64,000 bases of DNA from Terriglobia bacterium (GTDB lineage: Bacteria > Acidobacteriota > Terriglobia > Acidiferrales > UBA7541): contig OY968796.1 in assembly GCA_963695545.1 (NCBI GenBank), positions 3,232,001 through 3,296,000 on the forward strand, read 5' to 3'. Below, piece by piece: positions 58,814 through 64,000 of this stretch. Position 1 is the stretch's first letter; every line of letters begins with the position of its first letter. Below the pieces are notes generated by a model. That model saw only the letters and a list, made by a program, of their open reading frames with translations, was not told where the DNA came from and searched no databases. The position numbers were made by a program, and so were the translations under genes.

Positions 58814-60115
58814 CTACGCTTGAGCTGCGGCCGAAGCCTGCGCGGTCTTCGCGCTGTGGCGTAATTTGAAAGGGTAGGCCAGCGCGGAAACCGCAAGCAC
58901 AGTCAGAATGGGATCCATGGGATGGCGATAGCGCGCCGAACCGTGCGTGATATAAAAAACGACCGGATAGGACAATAGGATTAAGGCATACGGTGGCGCT
59001 TCCGGATTCCCCGAGCGAAGCGCCAGCAGTGCTCCCAGCAGCGCGAGCAACGAGAAAGTCACTTCATATATCTGTACGGTTCTCACCCCCACCGTCTCCC
59101 AGCGCCAGGAATCCTGGATAGGATCCCATTCGCCGAGCCAGGTGCTAACGATGCGATGAAACGTCAGGCGCGCGGCGTCCGCGGGATGCGAACGGAGGAA
59201 ATCCAATCCCTCGCGCTGCTTGAGCGCCATGTAGGCTGGTTCTCCCATGCCGCGGTAAAGCTTGGCTTCATCCAGATTGTCGTTAGGATGCTGATTGCCG
59301 TTTGTGTTGTCGGCGGTTCCCGGGTTATTGCCGAGCCAGAACTCGAGTCCGAAATTGGACCGCACCGGAATGAATTTATGGAAAACCAGTGCGTTACGAA
59401 TGGTCCACGGAACCAGGCAAAGCACGAAAAGCAAGGCGCACGCGGCCAGCCCGCGGCCCCATGGCTCGCGCTTGCGCCGCAGATCCAAAATAATCCACGC
59501 GCCGAGAAAAGGCATGGTTGCGAGCAGCGAAGCGTTGAGCAGCGCGGCGAAGCCCCAAAGCAGGCCGTACCTTGCCCAGTTGCGCAGGGTCGGCGCATCG
59601 GGCAGCAAGAGCGTAGCGTACAGAATCACGGCCATACAAAGCGCGGAGAACGCGGTGTCCCAAATCCATCGGATCGGAAGCATGACCGCGTTCGGCAGAA
59701 TCACCCACGCCCACGCGGCGCCAGCGCCCACCACGATTCCGAACGATCGCTTTCCGGCCAGAAAGATCGGAATGCACGTCAGCGCAGAAAACGCTGCATT
59801 GATCGTTTCGAGAATTAGGTACGACGTGTAGCTGTAAATGCCGAAGAGTTTGAAGACGCCGGCGGTCATATACGGATATATCGGACCGAACCAGGCGGTG
59901 GGCCCGGTAGCGAACCAGCGCAGAGGGGAAGAGAAGCCGTGCCCCGCGGCAATCGATGCGGCGACGGCTCCCAGTTCGTATCCGAACGGAAGATTGCTGC
60001 GAACGGCGACCGGACCGACGTCGCGAATGTGCACGAGGAGACCCATGCGGAACGCGAACGCGACGACCGCGATTAAACCTGGCGAAGTGACGATGCGATT
60101 GAGAATCGTTTTCAT
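58814..60115 (-). CDS. ArnT/PMT-like (GT-C fold) membrane glycosyltransferase
   Basis: About 11 TMs; A.SIA.G.GF, PTAW..P.YP, PWTIRN, LGNN, RYRHP motifs. Confidence 0.72.
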   Translation of the reverse strand: MKTILNRIVTSPGLIAVVAFAFRMGLLVHIRDVGPVAVRSNLPFGYELGAVAASIAAGHGFSSPLRWFATGPTAWFGPIYPYMTAGVFKLFGIYSYTSYLILETINAAFSALTCIPIFLAGKRSFGIVVGAGAAWAWVILPNAVMLPIRWIWDTAFSALCMAVILYATLLLPDAPTLRNWARYGLLWGFAALLNASLLATMPFLGAWIILDLRRKREPWGRGLAACALLFVLCLVPWTIRNALVFHKFIPVRSNFGLEFWLGNNPGTADNTNGNQHPNDNLDEAKLYRGMGEPAYMALKQREGLDFLRSHPADAARLTFHRIVSTWLGEWDPIQDSWRWETVGVRTVQIYEVTFSLLALLGALLALRSGNPEAPPYALILLSYPVVFYITHGSARYRHPMDPILTVLAVSALAYPFKLRHSAKTAQASAAAQA

Positions 60116-60479
60116 CGGCGTAGCGCGCGATCCGCCCGGACAGTGGCGTGCACGCATCTCAGTATAGAAACCGCCGGGCCGCAGGACAACGCCGACTCGC
60201 GTGGTGGTAAACTTGGTTGTCGTGATCGTAATAGGCGCTGATTGAACGCGCCGCGATCGATTTGGAAGGCGCGAATCGGCGCCGGAGCGGCGATTGCCAA
60301 ATTATGTTATTTGCGATTGGCAGAAAATGGCGAGAGCGACAGGAAACGCGCCAGTTTGGCGGGCAATTTCTTGCCGTCCTGCCTAGCGGAATGGAGTCTG
60401 AATCTATAACAGCTTATGGATCAGCAAGTTAGCATGCTGTTCCAAAAAGAGCACATTCGGCCCACCGAATGTCCCGTGT

Positions 60480-60495
60480 TGGAACACCGGATGCA
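60480..60495 (+). promoter_or_regulatory. sigma54 -24/-12 promoter of the first pilin
   Basis: TGGAACACCGGATGCA = GG-N10-GC, about 80 nt before the ATG; IHF-like GATCAGCAAGTTA at 60419-60431. Confidence 0.68.
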
Positions 60496-60573
60496 TCTAG
60501 GGTAGCCGAATTTACGACGCGGACTCTGGCGGAAGAGGGCGTCTCAACTCAAAATCGAAGAAGAGGAGATTTC

Positions 60574-61053
60574 ATGCGTAACAAACAGAAGGGTTTTTCG
60601 TTGATCGAGCTTTTGATCGTCGTGGCAATTATTTTGATTATAGCGGCGATCGCCATCCCGAACTTGCTGCGCTCGAAGATGGCAGCCAATGAGGCGTCGG
60701 CCGTTGGTTCGCTGCGTACGCTGAACACTTCATGCGTCACGTATTCGACCACCTACGGCGGATTCCCTTCTTCCCTGAATGCGCTGGGCGGAGAAGGCAC
60801 GACTGCGCTGCCCACCTCGACGTCTGCGGAATTGATCGACAACGTTCTGCAGACCGGTACGAAGACCGGCTACACGTTCTCGTTCTCGTCCGGTGCGGCC
60901 GATAGCGCGGGCAACATCGACAACTACATCATCAACGCTTCTCCGATCAACCCTGGTGTGACCGGGCTGCGCTACTTCTACACGGATCAGACTGGTGTGA
61001 TCCGCGCCGACCCCAACACCGCAGCGACGTTTGCTAGCACCCCGATCAGCTAA
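60574..61053 (+). CDS. pilA: Type IVa major pilin (copy 1)
   Basis: Leader MRNKQKG, cleavage G/FSLIE, hydrophobic helix; GAGGAG RBS. Confidence 0.92.
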   Translation: MRNKQKGFSLIELLIVVAIILIIAAIAIPNLLRSKMAANEASAVGSLRTLNTSCVTYSTTYGGFPSSLNALGGEGTTALPTSTSAELIDNVLQTGTKTGYTFSFSSGAADSAGNIDNYIINASPINPGVTGLRYFYTDQTGVIRADPNTAATFASTPIS

Positions 61054-61104
61054 GTTCTCTGGGTGCCGTCAGAGTTGCCGAGACATTGTTTCGGCATCCG
61101 CCCG

Positions 61105-61140
61105 ATGGGGAGGGAGCGACAAGCTTCCTCCCCATTTCTT
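61105..61140 (+). terminator. Intrinsic terminator after pilin 1
   Basis: ATGGGGAGGGAGC-GACAA-GCTTCCTCCCCAT-TTCTT. Confidence 0.7.
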
Positions 61141-61350
61141 CTAGAGGCTCTTTGTAGCTGTACCGTAGTGGTACGGGGCGCGCCGCAAATAGTGGCGTCG
61201 CGCAACGACAAATAGTGGCTCGAAGCCGTGGACGGAAAGTTGGCAGGCTCGCGCATCCGCCGCGAAACTGCCCAGTGCGTGCCCGCAAGGTGCTGAGAGG
61301 TTGGTGGTTGGGCCGATAGTGCTGGCAGGGTCACCTTGAGACCGAGCGTA

Positions 61351-61366
61351 TGGCCAAGGGCTTGCA
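61351..61366 (+). promoter_or_regulatory. sigma54 -24/-12 promoter of the second pilin
   Basis: TGGCCAAGGGCTTGCA = TGGC-N7-TTGCA. Confidence 0.78.
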
Positions 61367-61424
61367 GCATGTAGAGGCGTACCTCGGGCGGAACACACAC
61401 TTTTCGAGGATCCAAGGAGATTTA

Positions 61425-61907
61425 ATGCGGAACAAGCAAAAGGGTTTTTCGTTGATCGAGCTTTTGATCGTCGTGGCAATTATTTTGATTATCGCGGCGA
61501 TCGCCATCCCGAACCTGTTGCGTTCAAAGATGGCAGCCAATGAGGCCTCGGCCGTCGGTTCGCTGCGTACGCTGAACACTTCATGCGTCACGTATTCGAC
61601 CACCTACGGTGGATTCCCGTCCTCGCTGACAGTATTAGGCGGAGAAGGCGTGACCACGCTCCCGACTTCGACGTCTGCGGAATTGATTGACAACGTCCTG
61701 CAGACCGGCATCAAGACCGGATATACGTTCTCGTTTTCATCCGGAGCCGCCGACAGCGCGGGTAACGTCGATAACTACAGCATCAATGCGAACCCGATTA
61801 CGCCGGGCGTGACCGGGATTCGTTATTTCTTTACAGATCAGACAGGCGTGATTCGCCAAGACGCGACCGGTGCCGTGGCGACGCTCTCCAGCACTCCGAT
61901 CAGTTAG
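61425..61907 (+). CDS. pilA: Type IVa major pilin (copy 2)
   Basis: First 68 aa identical to copy 1; AAGGAG RBS. Confidence 0.92.
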   Translation: MRNKQKGFSLIELLIVVAIILIIAAIAIPNLLRSKMAANEASAVGSLRTLNTSCVTYSTTYGGFPSSLTVLGGEGVTTLPTSTSAELIDNVLQTGIKTGYTFSFSSGAADSAGNVDNYSINANPITPGVTGIRYFFTDQTGVIRQDATGAVATLSSTPIS

Positions 61908-61932
61908 GTCTTGGGCCAATGCACGACATCGT

Positions 61933-61963
61933 GGAGGAGGAAGCCGAAGGCTTCTTCCTTTCA
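61933..61963 (+). terminator. Intrinsic terminator after pilin 2
   Basis: GGAGGAAGCC-GAA-GGCTTCTTCC-TTTC. Confidence 0.6.
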
Positions 61964-62020
61964 CGTTTTGCGGGTGATGAGCGGCGATCCTGGAACGACA
62001 GATAGGAACGAGGCGACGAA

Positions 62021-62533
62021 ATGAGACTCACCAACGCAAATCCATATCGCCCTACGGGGCGCACCAGCGAGCGGGGCTTTTCGCTTGTCGAACTTTTGAT
62101 CGTGGTTGCGGTGATTCTGATCATCGCAGCGATCGCAATCCCAAATTTTATCACCTCGAAACTGCGCGCCAACGAATCGGCCGCCATCGAAAATATCCGC
62201 ACGATCACGTCCGCCAACGTCGTCTATTCCACGACCTGGCAGACCGGCTACGCCGCTTCGCTTGCGACTCTTGGCGGCAACACTGCCTCACCCACAGAGA
62301 CTGCCGCGGGGCTGCTGGACTCGGTTCTCTCCAGCGGCAATAAGAGCGGATACTCGTATTCGTATTCTGCGGGTCCCGTCGATGTGGGTGGCAACATCGA
62401 CTATTACACGCTCAACGCGGCTCCCGAGATTCCGGGGCAGACTGGCGTGCGTTACTTTTATACTGACCAGACCGCGGTCATCCGTTATAACTCCACGACA
62501 ACGGCCGGCCCGACCGATCTGCCTATTTCATAG
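62021..62533 (+). CDS. Type IV pilin (third, more divergent paralogue)
   Basis: ERG/FSLVELLIVVAVI...IP, ANE.AA, KSGY, G.RYFYTDQT shared with copies 1 and 2. Confidence 0.9.
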   Translation: MRLTNANPYRPTGRTSERGFSLVELLIVVAVILIIAAIAIPNFITSKLRANESAAIENIRTITSANVVYSTTWQTGYAASLATLGGNTASPTETAAGLLDSVLSSGNKSGYSYSYSAGPVDVGGNIDYYTLNAAPEIPGQTGVRYFYTDQTAVIRYNSTTTAGPTDLPIS

Positions 62534-62588
62534 TCCACCGGTTTTGGCGCGTGTGCGCGGGTTGAACCTTTCTTGCTAGACTCGTGGC

Positions 62589-63344
62589 GTGAATATCGCC
62601 GGGACCTTCGCGCGCGCGACCTGCATATTCTGTCTCGGATATTTGGTGGCGGGCGGGAGTGAGGCTCGGTCGCAGACGATCACCGCTGCGAGCGTCGCCC
62701 AGACGCTGGAACGCCATTACCAGAATGCAAAAACGCTGGAGGCCGACTTCCTTGAGCGTTACAGCGAGGGAGGCACCCAGTCGCGCGTGGAATCCGGGCG
62801 CGTATTTTTCGCGCGACCCGGCCGCATGCGCTGGGAATATCAGTCGCCGGAAACAAAACTGTTCGTCTCTGACGGTAGATTTTTGTGGTTTTACGTTCCG
62901 CAAGACCACACCGCCACGCGTCAAGCAGTGAAGCAAAGCGAAGACTGGCGAACGCCGCTCGCGCTGCTGACCGGGCAAGTGAAGCTCTCGCGGCTGTGCG
63001 GCCGGATTGAATTGGCCGGTGGCCCGCCGCTTTCAGGCGGAGTGGTTGTGCTGCGATGCTGGCCGCGGGGAAACGACTCTGCGGCCACCGCGCGTGCCGG
63101 ACAACACGATGCGCCGAGCCCGCTTGAACCCGGCAGCGGATTCACGCAGGTGTTGCTCGAAGTGAATCCTGCGACCGGAGAATTGAACGACGTGCGCGTC
63201 GAACAGCCGGGAGGAGTAGAGCTGGATTTGCGCTTCGGCGCGTGGCAAATGAACCCGCCGCTGGCCGGTTCGCTGTTCGAGTTCGAGCCTCCGGAGGGCG
63301 TGGCCATCGTACCGGCCGAAGGATCCTCGGGTTCGACTCCGTAA
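62589..63344 (+). CDS. lolA: Outer-membrane lipoprotein carrier protein
   Basis: ESG.V.F.RPG.MRWEY..P..KLFVSDG..LW.Y.P, TPL.LL.G, F.F.PP.G. Confidence 0.85.
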   Translation: MNIAGTFARATCIFCLGYLVAGGSEARSQTITAASVAQTLERHYQNAKTLEADFLERYSEGGTQSRVESGRVFFARPGRMRWEYQSPETKLFVSDGRFLWFYVPQDHTATRQAVKQSEDWRTPLALLTGQVKLSRLCGRIELAGGPPLSGGVVVLRCWPRGNDSAATARAGQHDAPSPLEPGSGFTQVLLEVNPATGELNDVRVEQPGGVELDLRFGAWQMNPPLAGSLFEFEPPEGVAIVPAEGSSGSTP

Positions 63345-63462
63345 ACACTCCATGAGAATTGGGGACGTTGCTTGTTTGGCGAGCGGAAGCGAAATCGCCC
63401 CGAAACGCCTTGAAGCCCGATGCTAAAATTGGTTGTCAACATCGGGAGTTCACGAGGATTTC

Positions 63463-64000
63463 ATGTCTGAATCGGACTCAGAGACCAAAAAAGTACGTCG
63501 TTCGAGCAAAGGCACGCTGAGCGAGGTGCTGATTGTTACGGCTGTGCTGGCCACCACGCTGGCCACCTACATCGGCACGATCTGGTACAGCTTCGTCTAC
63601 GACGACGACGGCCAGATCATCGGGAATTCTTACATCCAGTTCTGGCGCCATGTTCCGCTCTATTTCATAAGCCATGTGTGGGCGCAGTTGGTGCCTCGGG
63701 CCAATGGAAACTACTACCGGCCGTTGTTCCTTCTATGGTTGCGCCTCAACGACGCGGTGTTCGGGTTGCGGCCGGCGGGTTGGCACGCGGCGGCGATTGG
63801 CATGCACCTGCTCGCGACGTTCCTGGTGTACCTATTGGCGCGGAAGCTTACGCACAAAATTTCCGTGGCGAGCTTTGCGGCGCTGGTTTTCGGACTGCAT
63901 CCGATGCATGCCGAGGTCGTGTCTTGGGTTTCCGGAGCGACGGAATCGCTTTGCGCAGTTTTTATACTCGCCGGGTTTCTGGCCTACCTTAAATCGCGCG
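63463..64000 (+). CDS. TMTC-like (GT-C) putative protein O-glycosyltransferase, truncated by the window end
   Basis: Not in the ORF track (no stop). Manual translation from ATG 63463: MSESDS...FVYDD...YYRPL...FGLHPMHAEVVSWVSG. Confidence 0.75.
   Translation, partial: MSESDSETKKVRRSSKGTLSEVLIVTAVLATTLATYIGTIWYSFVYDDDGQIIGNSYIQFWRHVPLYFISHVWAQLVPRANGNYYRPLFLLWLRLNDAVFGLRPAGWHAAAIGMHLLATFLVYLLARKLTHKISVASFAALVFGLHPMHAEVVSWVSGATESLCAVFILAGFLAYLKSR

Noticed and set aside
61054..61424. c-di-GMP riboswitch between the pilin genes
   Set aside because: No recognisable GEMM consensus; the region is explained by a terminator, enhancer-like repeats and a sigma54 promoter
60574..61907. Diversity-generating retroelement template/variable pair
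   Set aside because: Differences are not adenine-specific, both copies are complete genes and there is no reverse transcriptase in the window
60574..62533. Geobacter-type conductive e-pilin
   Set aside because: Pilins are full length, and in copies 1 and 2 mature positions 24 and 27 are Leu and Ser rather than aromatic

Overview
GC-rich bacterial chromosome segment; the gene repertoire suggests Acidobacteriota, but that is an inference. Most of it is core or envelope housekeeping: mlaE/F/D-like ABC system, mfd, surA-like PPIase, dusB, rsmI, galU, tsaD/carD/tsaB/rimI, psd-pssA, lptE-holA, rpsT, TPM-NTase-lemA, phoH-ybeY-CBS-era and an NtrY/NtrX-like pair. It ends in a type IVa pilus locus (pilB-T-C-S-R, three tandem pilin genes flanked by two GT-C-like glycosyltransferases, lolA). 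An accessory-looking block at about 4.8-14.7 kb around tRNA-Leu(CAA) holds a 1370-aa TIR-STAND NTPase-TM-16xWD40 receptor-like protein and a stand-alone GIY-YIG protein. The least explained signal is non-coding: three dispersed AT-shifted intergenic elements (about 4.8-5.0, 13.8-14.1 and 44.6-44.7 kb) built from tandem AA-N18/19-TT units and ending in ACC(C)GGGG. Two of them are read into by a near-consensus sigma70 promoter with an ATG exactly 5 nt after the -10 box. The same YAA-N19-TTR unit occurs singly beside three promoters. Several probable pseudo-enzymes are visible (MlaF, Aas-like acyltransferase remnant, Asd-like). No CRISPR array, integrase, transposase or reverse transcriptase was seen. 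All calls come from reading motifs by eye; no database searches were run.
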